Program-made: the position numbers and the translations under genes | DNA from: Mantamonas sphyraenae STR306 | Lineage: Eukaryota; Protista; CRuMs | Assembly (NCBI GenBank): GCA_026936335.1 | Contig: JAPMXV010000053.1 | Span: 248,001 to 312,000, forward strand | DNA: 64,000 bases | Direction of reading: 5' to 3' | Part shown: positions 35,174 through 47,102 of the stretch, in pieces | Position numbering within the stretch: position 1 is the stretch's first letter | How the letters are laid out: the number at the start of each line of letters is the position of its first letter | The notes under the pieces: model-generated | Told to the model about the DNA's origin: nothing | The model's database searches: none | Seen by the model: only the letters and a program-made list of their open reading frames with translations

Positions 35174-37855
35174 TCACCAAAACTCGCCTGCCCCTCCAGG
35201 CCCACCCGATTCGACCCCTGTCGTGTTGAGCTTCTGAGCACGGTACATGTCTGCCACCTGGTCGGAAGTGGTTGCTTGTTGCGGCTTCTTGTCGTCGCGG
35301 ATGCGTTGGAAACGCGGGAAGCGCATGGCAACACCCTTGGACTCGTGCACCTGCGTCACGGCTGCCGTGTGCACAGGAGACACAGACAAGTCGGCGGCCA
35401 ACACCTCCCACACCTGCACGGGGTCAAACCACACATCAGGCGTCAAGCGTTCGTGCACACGGTAGTATGACGGTTGTTTCGACACCACATGCTGCTTCAG
35501 AAACTCCGTATGCTCTTGCAGTGCCTCGTCGCTGAATCCCGTCCCGATTTTGCACACCGTCTGGTACGTCTCTGTGTCTTCGTCGTAGCAAGCAAGCAGA
35601 TAGCCGCCATACACGCCTGTGCGCTTGCCACGGCCCATGTACCCTCCAATGGGCACCAAATCCATGCTGTCTCCCAGACCTTCCAAGTAGTCCTTCTTTA
35701 CCTTGAGCCAGTTGAATGATCGACGGCTGGGCTCGTACGTCGCGTCCTCGTCCAGCGTCTTCACCATCAGCCCCTCTGTGTGCTCCTTCACTGCCTCGTC
35801 CAGAAACTCCTGCATCACGTCCACGTCGTCTGTATCCTTGTAGCTGGCAAACATAAACTTGCCTTCCACCGCTGTGAATGCCTCGTGCAACGCCGTCCGC
35901 CGCTCACGCAACGATCGCTGGATGTACGACTCGTCGTTGAGGTAGAGCAAGTCAAACGCATACAATGCAACCTGAACCTTGACATCCTTAATGTCCACAT
36001 CCTTGCGTCCACGCGTACTCAGCACCTGAAAGGGCAGGATGCCGTTCTCCTTGTCATACGCCACAACCTCCGCGTCCAGAATGTAGTTGCGTGTCCCGCT
36101 GTTGGCCGCTTCCGGGAGCATAGCAATCACATCCGGGTACATTCCCGTCTGGTTTTCGCTGTTGCGGCTGTAGATGCCCACGGTGCCGTCGCTCATCACG
36201 TGCACCTGCGCGCGCTGCCCGTCGTACTTGTACTCGCACGTGAACGCCTTGATTTTCTCCTCGTCGTCCTTGACACGCAAACGTGTCAATACCTCTGCAA
36301 CACCCTTGGTGGGCTTGGCCAGCATCGGATGCACAGGGATGCCTGGTGTCAACTTGCACGCCTCCCGCAGACCACTCAGGCCGTGTTTCACCATCTGCGG
36401 CACAATCAGGTCCAGGCTTGGAAGTTCGCTAAACACAGTGCGCACCAGCTGAGCCGCCTCCTCTGCGTTCATCTCCTGATCTCGCGACACATCCACCGGC
36501 ACGTCGTGCAACTCGTATTCCTGGCCTCCTCCCAACGGAGTCATTGCCACAGCCTGCGCCAAAGCCACCAGCGCAGAAGGGAACTGCAGTCCGATGCGGA
36601 GGTCTCCTTTGAGCGAACGCACAATGTACATCGACTCGTCCTCCTTGCATGCCACCAACAGGCCGACAATCAGCTGCTTTTTCTTTTCCTGCGACGACGC
36701 TCCCGACGTGCTTGCAATCGACTTGAATGTCTTGAACACCTTGCGCGCCGTCAAAGCAGCAGGCTTGAACAGTGTGCGCTGGCTTGATCGGCTCTGTTTG
36801 GCAATCGTGCCCAGGTCCCCGTGCTCCTCAAGCAGCCGCTTGATCTTGCTCACACTCGTCCCCGTGGCAGCTTGCAATGCCTTGATCAAAATCGATTCTC
36901 CGATGCCCAGCTCCAGATTCTCATATGCCGGTGCAATCTTGTTCACAGCCAAGTACAGCACCGGCAGCAGATCTTCCGGTGTCAGGATCAGCACAGAACG
37001 CAGCAGGTCTCGCATCAGTCGCACAATGGCATGTCGCGATGTCAACGCGTCTATTTGCGCAAACACGCGAGACACAACTACGAATGGAACGCTATCGGAA
37101 CACATGCGCGTCAGCAGCGGAATCTGGGGGGCTTACGCGAATTGCTTTTTGGCGGGAAGGCCACACACAAAAAAAGGCGGGAAATAACCTACGGCTCGCC
37201 CCGCTTCCATCCCGCGTCTTTGACAGGGTGATACCTGCGGTTCATGACGGCCTCGGCCTTGACCTTGCCAGCCTGAAGACGTGCCTTCTTTGCTTTCTTC
37301 TCTGCGTCTGCAGAAGACTCTTCTTCCTCGAGTTCCTCGTCGCTTTCCTCTTCGTCGCTTTCCTCCTCTCCGTCGCTCTCGGCATCATCCACACCCTCGT
37401 CCTCGTCTTCCACCTGTTTCCGTGTGTTTGTGACTGCGCCTGCGTTGGCACTGCTCTGTTGGTGCGCGCTGGACGACGCGTCTCCCAAGTTCTCGACAAC
37501 CATCACTGTAGTGGAGCTGCTGCTGCCGTCACTCGTGGAAGAGGAGGTGGTTGTGCTCGTCATCGTTTTGGTGACCACAGTAGTTTGCATAGATCCGGCA
37601 TCGTCGTCGCTGTCGTCGTCATCGTCGTCCAGGACCACAGTCTTGCGTGAGCGTTTCGGGGCGGGCATCTCTTCGTCGTGATCAGGCTCTAGCTCGGGTG
37701 TGACATCATCACGCTCGCGCTTGTTTTCTTGGTTGGTGCCTTTCTTGGCGTGCTTTGCCCACATGGAACTGCGCGTACAGTGAGAAGGGTGTCAGCTGCA
37801 TGTGTGTGCGTATGGCAACTGCGGGTGTTCGCTGTCAAACGTACGCAATCGACAT
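35174..37855 (-). CDS. LIG1: DNA ligase I (11-nt first coding exon, two introns)
   Basis: PMLAKPT, CEYKYDGQRAQVH, FDLLYLN, EGLMVK, WLKVKKDY, CKIGTGFS, RFPRF.R.RDDK. Confidence 0.97.
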
Positions 37856-38068
37856 GGTCGCAGGGTTTGAGCTGGGTCAATATGCGCGTTAAGAGGAACC
37901 CCTTTAGTCGGTTCTACTCGCACCAGCAAGTGTGCCGCACATTCAGCACTGGTTGTGCAAGTGTGCTGGCGTCCTCCTTGCCAACTCAATCAAGCAACCG
38001 TCCTCACGAACGCACTCTCATTCGCAACACACACACACACATCACAAGGAATACTATCCTCTGCATTG

Positions 38069-41000
38069 ATGTCGCACACCAACGTTTCCGGGAGTGGGAC
38101 GGTATCTGGGGGACAGCAAGAGTGAGTTTTGGCGTGCGTGATCAGGAACGACGCAATATTGATCACCCGGCGTTGACGTGCTGACGTTTTGCCCCCTATG
38201 CACATTTTCGCGATCACAGACACAATCAAACGCGCTTGCAGATGAACGAGGTGTATGCCCAGCAGGGCATGGTGGGTCATACGACGCAGGGAGGGCAACC
38301 GAATCAAGGCGGCTGGATGATGGGCCAGCGAGGTGGCATGGTGCCCATGATGATGTCACAGGGTGGTCAAGGCACCATGGGACAGGGGGCATGAAGATGA
38401 TGCAAATGGGCCCACAGGGATACCAATCGATGTCACCCATGGCCTGGGGTCAACCCTACCCAGGCATGTTCACCGCCAACACACAGCCCAGTTCAAGCGA
38501 GAGCACGAGGCAAGGAGAGAAGTCAAAGCCCAAGGCGAACAACGTGAATGACGACGACGACGACGACGGCGACAATGATAACGAGGTTGATGAGTCGCAT
38601 GTGACCACGGAGCTTGTGAGGGTATCTTCGACTCGCCGTCAGCCCCAGAGCACGCAATCGTCCATGCCGATGCATGGGGTTTATGGAAACGCGTACCAAA
38701 ACACCTATGATGGGCAACGTGGATCATCAAGCTCTTCCCCTTCAGGATGGCAGCAACAGATGCAGTACATGCCCATGCCGATGCCGGGGTATGGAGGTCC
38801 GCAGGGGCAAGGAGGAGAAGGAGGCGAGCAGGGGCAGCAAGGGCAGCAAGGGCAGCAACAGCACATGCAGATGCAGTACATGCCAATGCCAATGCATGCG
38901 TATGGAGGTCCGCAGGGGCAAGGAGGAGAAGGAGGCGAGCAGGGGCAGCAAGGGCAGCAAGGGCAGCAACAACACATGCAGATGCAGTACATGCCAATGC
39001 CAATGCATGGGTATGGAGGTCCGCAGGGGCAAGGAGGAGAAGGAGGTGAGCAAGGGCAGCAACAGCAGATGCAGATGCAGTACATGCCAATGCCAATGCA
39101 TGCGTATGGAGGTCCGCAGGGGCAAGGAGGAGACGGAGGCGAGCAAGGGCAGCAACAGCACATGCAGATGCAGTACATGCCAATGCCGATGCATGGGTAT
39201 GGAGGTCCGCAGGGGCAAGGAGGAGAAGGAGGCGAGCAGGGGCAGCAAGGGCAGCAACAACACATGCAGATGCAGTACATGCCAATGCCAATGCATGCGT
39301 ATGGAGGTCCGCAGGGGCAAGGAGGAGAAGGAGGCGAGCAGGGGCAGCAAGGGCAGCAACAGCACATGCAGGTGCAGTACATGCCAATGCCGATGCCGGG
39401 ATATGGAGGTCCGCAGGGGCAAGGAGGAGAAGGAGGCGAGCAGGGGCAGCAAGGGCAGCAACAGCACATGCAGATGCAGTACATGCCAATGCCGATGCAT
39501 GGGTATGGAGGTCCGCAGGGGCAAGGAGGAGAAGGAGGTGAGCAAGGGCAGCAACAGCACATGCAGGTGCAGTACATGCCAATGCCGATGCCGGGATATG
39601 GAGGTCCGCAGGGCCAGGGTGGAGACGGAGGCGAGCAAGGGCAGCAACAGCACATGCAGATGCAGTACATGCCTATGCAGGGGTATGATACAGGAGACAG
39701 CAAACCGTTCCAAGACATGGATTTGCCAGATATCCTTGGGAACGATGGTATGGACGATAGCGCGGCCGCGAATCTTCCAGAACTTGCCAGTGCTTCCGCC
39801 ATGGCTGTGGAGCAGCTTGATAATATGGCCAATCACTTTGTACGCAATCTGCAGGCGAACCGGCCTGGGATCAGAGTGAGACAACCCAAGGGAGGTTCCG
39901 GAGAAGCTATGCCCACTGTGTCTGCTAAAACGGAGACTTTGCACACCACTGGGAAGGGATCGGGCAAAAAAACTGCAAAAGCAGCAAGGACACAAGCAAA
40001 GCAAACCAAAGCCGCTGGCTCCAAGGCCAAGCCCAAACCCAAGCCCAAAGTCGCCAAGGAAGCCCCCAAAGTGACAAAAGCGCAACGATCACCCGCCCCT
40101 GAAGCAAAGCTTGAGCCCAAGGTCAACACCATGGCAAAGTACACCGCATCCTGGAAACGCCAAGGGCAAAAGACAAAGAGTCCGCCTGCCTCCTCCAAGA
40201 AGCAACCAGGCACAACGACGGCTGGGTCCAAGGAAGACAATCACACGAACACCTTATCCACCCCCGGCGTGACGTTCGTCAAGACGCCCACCGCGTTTGG
40301 TGACAAAGTCACCCCGTCACCCTACAGAAAGCCGGCAATACCCTTTGGGGCGCCTGGCTACCAGCACGACTTCAAAGAAGATGCAGACGTCCAAGTGGAG
40401 CTTCTGGAATGGGTGGCTCAGTTGAACGACATCATGGCCGATCAAACAGATCAGGACGAGCCCAGCGAAGCACAGGTCGGTCGCACAATCCGCTTCGCGC
40501 TTCTGGACGCGCTGCAGGACACCGAGCCGGAGCAAGGCAAGAGCCTGGATCAACTGGTGCGTGAGTTGCAGAACGACAATGCCACGGTGTCCGCCACCGC
40601 AGTGGAGAACGAGCTCAAGCGCAACGCACACAAGCTGTTTGAGCTCAACCCATCCACAGGGTTGTACACGCTCAGCAAACACGCAGTGTACACGTACGTC
40701 ACCTCCAAGTCCAAGCCGGTGCCGGTGAACATTGTCAAGCACATGATGCGGCACATGTCCAAAAAGACGGGTCAGACGGCGCGGGAGATTGCACAGGAAG
40801 TAAGCGAACACATCGACGCAGATATCCATGTGGGATTGGTGCAGGACATGTTGTACCAGCACGAGGGCAGCCTGTTTGTGGAGCTGGACAGCAAGGGGAA
40901 CGAAGACTCGCGGTGGACGGTGGGAGTACACCGAGGGACGTCGACGCGAGAAGCGGACGGGTGGATGGACATGGAGGAGCTGGACGAGTTGTACGGAGAA

Positions 41001-43124
41001 CGGGAGCCATACAAAGGAAAGAGAGACGCACAGAGGCAACAACAAGCGTTTGGACAACAACTGCGGAAACACGGAGGACTGGACGTGCACCCGATGGCGC
41101 CGATGGAGTTGAAGAGCCGCGAAGAAGTGTTGAAGATGCTGGAGAGCATGGGGGCGCCAGAGATGCGTGTGTACGTGGAAGTGGAGAGGCGAGAGGACGG
41201 AGGAGAAGGAGTTGGGGATGCCGAGGCTCAGGGAGCGGGAGATGATGACAGGATGGAGACGGACAGGACGGGTGGTTCGGAGGGCGAGGGAGAGAGTATG
41301 CCGAGGACGCTGATGGAGATGGTGCTGATAGCAATGCGACAGCTGAGCTGGGGGGAGGAAGCACAACAGCGGGGAGTGTCTGTGGCCAAGGTGCATCGGT
41401 GTGTGCAGTTTATGTGCAGGGAGCACCTGAGCAGGCGGCATGTGGTTGGGGTGCTGAGCAGCATGCCGAGCATGTTCCGTCGGGTTTCTGCGGCACGGTT
41501 TGCAGTTGCGGAAGGGATGATGGGGCTGGGTGTGGGAGTGACGAGCGGATCGACGTGGGTGGAGCAGATGGCACGTGCGTTTGAGGCGCTGTACGAGGAA
41601 GAGGCGAAACGAGAGAAGTGGATGAGCAAACTGAGCGAGTACAGCTGTACAAAGGCTGTTGCGTCTCTGGATGGCGTGGTCGTTTCCTCCTCCCGGGGCC
41701 AGGTGAAACGCGCAGTCAAACGATCCCGCGATGAACTTGAGCAAGACGACTCGACCGACGACTTTGATGATGACACGGACGATGAAGGTGCGCATCTCTC
41801 TGCATCGGCGACGAAGCGAAGCAAAAAAAGCGGAGGGCGGACATCACGTGGTCGAGGAGGCGAGCAGCAACAGGCATTGCGAGTGGCGCCGTGGGAAGCG
41901 TCAGAGTCGCACGAAGAGGACATCTGGGAGATCAATGACGATCTTACGGGGTTCTCGGACCGCATGTCACTGTTGATGAACTGCTTTGTGTTTGCAGGCA
42001 GGGAGTTGACTCTGTCGCAGATCCGCAAGGCGTGGGCCACCACAAACTGGTTCATCGAGTTCCCCCCAGAGAAGGAGGTGATCAACGTGCTCGAAGGGAG
42101 CAACGCCATCCTCAGCGACGATGGACGTGGCAAGAAACGGTACTACGTCCCCGAGGCCTTGGAGATGCAGTACACCCTGTTTGCCAGCGCCATGGACGCT
42201 GCCAACCATGATATCGAGGCACTGGGAAATCAAACGGAAGTAATGGGCATGGCTTCGTCGTCGTCAATGTCCAGTGGCACGCACACAAGCAAAACGCAGA
42301 GGCGTCCGCCTGTTCAAGGAGACGAGGAGGACGAGGAGGACGAGGACAATATCGTGCGTGGCAAACGCAAGCAGGCATCACTTTTCAACAGCGTGGAGGA
42401 CACAGACAGCAGCGACGATGAACGGAACAGCGAGGATGAAGACGACGACGACGACGACGACGACGATCTGATTGTGCTGCCTGCTCTCCCACCGGGGGTT
42501 GTAGAGCGTGGCTGGAGGCATCACGAGAGCCACAGGGACTCGTACACGCCACAAGAGTTTGATGCGCTGCTTTCTCATCTTCATTCGCTCGAGAACAGCC
42601 ATGCGATGAGCGGGATTCCGGTGCAGGATGAGGTCGACGCGGACGCGCTGTGCCACGAAGGAAGTTACGCAGACCTTGTGCGCCAAATATCGCTGGTGAT
42701 CAAGGGCAGGCCGTTGCCGCCGCAGGAGTTTCTCTTCTTTGCCTGGATCCTGAAACAAGGTCAGGGCGACAAGAAGATGTCGGTGTTTTCCATGCGGCAG
42801 ATCCTGACCAAGTGCATGGATGTGGGTGTTACCAAGGACAATCTTCGAGTGGCATGGGTCCACGATGCCAAGCCTGGAGAACGTCCTTTGTATCCACTGC
42901 TGCACAAGTTGCTGAAGGATCTGAGCGACCCACGGGTGACGGCGAACAAGTTTGCCAAGGAGAACAATCTGAGGAAAGGACCAGGAGCCAAGCCCGGCAA
43001 AATCAAGGCCAGATCCAAGCCCGTGAAGACGTCTTCGCGACAGCGACGCATCGAGGACCTGTACGGCGAGGCTAGCGAGCAAGGACAACCGAAAGGAAGC
43101 GATGCCAAACGGCAGCGGGTGTGA
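38069..43124 (+). CDS. Large nuclear protein, paralogue A: prion-like M/Q/G/Y/P N-terminus, Lys/Ala-rich tract, four winged-helix-like domains, C-terminal NLS (intron 38122-38219; apparent 1-nt deletion in a G5 run at 38385-38389)
   Basis: 1648-codon ORF; an upstream M/G/Q-rich frame joins if one G is added; ends DAKRQRV; clearly homologous to 43394-47054. Confidence 0.8.
38755..39685 (+). repeat. Coding minisatellite: nine full units plus one partial unit of ~93-111 nt
   Basis: Encodes MQ(M/V)QYMPMPM(H/P)(G/A)YGGPQGQGG(E/D)GGEQG(QQG)0-2QQQH. Confidence 0.97.
40533..41665 (+). repeat. 1133-bp near-identical direct repeat, copy 1 (copy 2 at 44568-45700)
   Basis: Constant 4035-bp offset at both ends, no indels, about seven substitutions by eye. 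Confidence 0.96.
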
Positions 43125-43393
43125 GTGGAAGAGTTCACCTGTGACAGTGAATGACACAGATGCAATGGAGGGTGGGGCACACTGGTGCCATCCGCAAAAA
43201 CAATACAACGCGAGACGTGGAGCCGCGCGTCCACAGCCACGAAATTCTTCTTGAGCCCGGAGATGCCATCAAAGTGGGTTGCATGCGCAGCGAATGGCAT
43301 GATGGCGGTGCCAAAGAGTCAATCAACACGCATGGATGGCGGTGTTGGACATCGCTGGTCGTGTGGTGGCATCGGGAGTCGCTGGAACTTTGC

Positions 43394-46300
43394 ATGGAAG
43401 GGACTGACACATCGCGGGCCGGCACTGTACACAGATCAAAATACAAGCATGAAGACGGTGGATTGGGCAGAAATGCAGAGTACACGAGTGGGGACGAGTG
43501 GCCAGAAAACGCTGAGCGTGTACACAGGTATGGGAGGTGTCGACAGGTTGCGCCACAATTTTGTGCTCTGTGACGTGTGACGTGGGCTGACATTTTCGTG
43601 CATATCCGTGTCCTCGGGAAGGGTGAGCAGGTCGCAGCTGATGGAGATCCCGCTCATGTATGCGAATAAGTATGGGAGACCGAATGGAGAACAGGGAGGG
43701 GCCTACGAACACATGGTCCCCGCGTACATGCCCGACGGACCGCGGATGATGACTCCTATGTTTATGCTACCCCACTATGGGGGCCAACCAACTGCGAGTG
43801 GTCACATGTACAGCACATCGTGGTTCCCTAATCCCGGGTACGCGAATAGGCCACCACCGAATCCCTACAACCCGCAACCGTCTTCCAGCGCGAGCTCGCA
43901 GGAGGAGAGGACGTCGACAAAGAGCGAAGAAGTCAAAGAAGAGCCCAAGATGCGGAAAGGAAGCAGCGGCGCAAACCTTGCGTTTCGTAAGACTGCGCCT
44001 ATTTTCTCGGCGAGCTTTGTGGAGGAGGAAGAGGACGAAGAGCCCCGGACGCGCACAACAGCCAAACGGACCAAAAAGGAGAAGAAGAAGGCAAGGAAGA
44101 CAGTTGCAAGGAAGACAGCCGTGAAAGCAAAGCCCACTGCTCCTTTCAAGACCAAAAAGGCACCGAAAGCCAAGGCAAAGGCGAAAGGGAAAACGGCCAA
44201 GAAAAAGGCCAGCTCAGCAAACAAAGTCAAAGAGACACGCGCGAACACAAAGGTGAAAAAGGCAGTGAAGGAGGTGAGCGAGACGATGGAGGTGGAGCGG
44301 TTCGAGGTGAACCAGGAGGTACACCCATTCGGGGCGCCCGAGTACACGCACGAGTTCAAGGACGACGACGAGGTGGAGGCGGAGCTGCAGGAATGGGTGG
44401 CACAGCTGAACGACACGATGTCAGACACAACAGTGGAGGATCTGGACCAACACCGGTTTTCGCCTCTGCTGCACGGGTTGAGCAGCGGGGAGGACAGCAC
44501 TGATTCCGAGTCTGGCGTAGTGCTGCTGCGTGACGTGCTTGTGGAGCTGTTGAACGACGGCTACAACCAAGGCAAGAGCCTGGATCAACTGGTGCGTGAG
44601 TTGCAGAACGACAATGCCACGGTGTCCGCCACCGCCGTGGAGAACGAGCTCAAGCGCAACGCACACAAGCTGTTTGAGCTCAACACATCCACAGGGTTGT
44701 ACACGCTCAGCAAACACGCAGTGTACACATACGTCACCTCCAAGTCCAAGCCGGTGCCGGTGAACATTGTCAAGCACATGATGCGGCACATGTCCAAAAA
44801 GACGGGTCAGACGGCGCGGGAGATTGCACAGGAAGTAAGCGAACACATCGACGCAGATATCCATGTGGGATTGGTGCAGGACATGTTGTACCAGCACGAG
44901 GGCAGCCTGTTTGTGGAGCTGGACAGCAAGGGGAACGAAGACTCGCGGTGGACGGTGGGAGTACACCGAGGGACGTCGACGCGAGAAGCGGACGGGTGGA
45001 TGGACATGGAGGAGCTGGACGAGTTGTACGGAGAACGGGAGCCATACAAAGGAAAGAGAGACGCACAGAGGCAACAACAAGCGTTTGGACAACAACTGCG
45101 GAAACACGGAGGTCTGGACGTGCACCCGATGGCGCCGATGGAGTTGAAGAGCCGCGAAGAAGTGTTGAAGATGCTGGAGAGCATGGGAGCGCCAGAGATG
45201 CGTGTGTACGTGGAAGTGGAGAGGCAAGAGGACGGAGGAGAAGGAGTTGGGGATGCCGAGTCTCAGGGAGCGGGAGATGATGACAGGATGGAGACGGACA
45301 GGACGGGTGGTTCGGAGGGCGAGGGAGAGAGTATGCCGAGGACGCTGATGGAGATGGTGCTGATAGCAATGCGACAGCTGAGCTGGGGGGAGGAAGCACA
45401 ACAGCGGGGAGTGTCTGTGGCCAAGGTGCATCGGTGTGTGCAGTTTATGTGCAGGGAGCACCTGAGCAGGCGGCATGTGGTTGGGGTGCTGAGCAGCATG
45501 CCGAGCATGTTCCGTCGGGTTTCTGCGGCACGGTTTGCAGTTGCGGAAGGGATGATGGGGCTGGGTGTGGGAGTGACGAGCGGATCGACGTGGGTGGAGC
45601 AGATGGCACGTGCGTTTGAGGCGCTGTACGAGGAAGAGGCGAAACGAGAGAAGTGGATGAGCAAACTGAGCGAGTACAGCTGTACAAAGGCTGTTGCGTC
45701 GCTAACCAACGTACGCGCGCTGGTGGACATGTCGCGAGGACTGATGCCGACGTCATCGATTCGAAAACGGGTGAAGAGGAGAGTGCCGCGCGTGTCAGCG
45801 AACGATATGGATGACAGCGACGACAGCGAGAAGAGCGGCACGTTTGGGAGCAAAGCCTCGAAACCGACTCGAAAACGCAACACAAACAAGACAAGTACGC
45901 TGCCACAGTGGGTTCAGCAGCTGTCCAGAGCACAACGAAAATCGGCGCCTCGGCTGCGGCGACAAATTGACGAGCAGGCAGTGCTGAAGGTGGGCTGGAA
46001 CGAGTCGGATTTGGTAGACGACGACGTGTGGGAAGACGAGGACAACGCGGAGAGGTATGTGTTTTCAGACCGCATGTCGCTGCTGATGAACTGCTTTGTG
46101 CATGGAGGCAGGGAACTCACGATGGATGAGTTGTCAGAGGCGTGGGCCGAGGTGAATGATCACATCGACATGCCGCCACAGCACGTGGTGCGCGAAGTGT
46201 TGGACGAGTGCACTCTGATTCAGAACAGCATTAGCCCCGACGGAGAAAAGGCGTTCTTCTTGCCAGAGTACCTCGAATTGAAGTACCGCGCATACGCAAG

Positions 46301-47054
46301 CGCCGTGCATGCAGAGAACGAGGCTATGGAGAGAGATGGTGAAGACGACGAGGAGGACCTGGAAGATGACGAGAACGCGGAGGTGAATGACGTGGAAGAG
46401 GATGATGGCAGTGACGGGGCCGAGGACGAGGACGAAGGTTCTGACCACGACCAGGAGAGCATGCCCAACGAGAGAATCTCAGCGACGGGATGGCATGGTT
46501 ACAAGCACAGTTCGTTCGGTGATGAGGAGTGGGAGGAGCTGCTCCAAACGATGGAATGGCTTGCAGCCAAACATCCGCTGCACACGCTGAAGATGGAAGA
46601 ATCTGCAGTTGATGGGATGTGCAAGTCGGTGTCTGTCAAAAGGGTGCTGCGGAACATCTCGTTGGCGTTGGAGAGGACTCCGTTGCCCGTTGTGGAGTTT
46701 GCCTATTTTGCGGCCCTGCTGTCGCCTCGCGTGGACGTGGCCACCGTGGAGGAGACGCTTGCTAACAAGCTGGCGACTGGCGTGACGGCCAGCAAGGTAC
46801 GCGTGGCTTGGGTGGACGATCAGACAGCGAGCGAGCGGCCACTGTACACCGTTGTCCACTTGCTGTTGAAGGCTCTGGACAAGCAAGACAGGCGGCCACG
46901 TACGTTGCAAGGGGTTGTGGAGGTTGTTTCATCATCGTCCTCGGGACACGGGAAGAGAAAGAGCATGGAGAACAAGGGCAGTGACCTGGAGTCGTGGCTC
47001 TCGGGCAAGCCCTCGTCCAAGGGAAAACATGATTCGAAGCGTCAAAGAGTGTAG
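43394..47054 (+). CDS. Large nuclear protein, paralogue B (same architecture; probable intron 43528-43630)
   Basis: 1148-codon ORF; M/P/Y-rich N-terminus, H1-like KAKAKAK tract, same domain series, ends DSKRQRV; start uncertain (43394 or 43641). Confidence 0.8.
44568..45700 (+). repeat. 1133-bp near-identical direct repeat, copy 2
   Basis: Matches 40533-41665. Confidence 0.96.
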
Positions 47055-47102
47055 TGGTGAGAGCGAATGGATTGTACTTTTTGATGGACACACAGGCACA
47101 GG

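Noticed and set aside
38755-39685. Repeat array as a CRISPR locus
   Set aside because: No unique spacers, unit lengths are multiples of three within an ORF, no cas genes, eukaryotic context.
38705-39832. Cys-rich metallothionein/keratin-like ORF on the minus strand
   Set aside because: It is the reverse-complement reading of the Gln/Gly/Met coding repeat.
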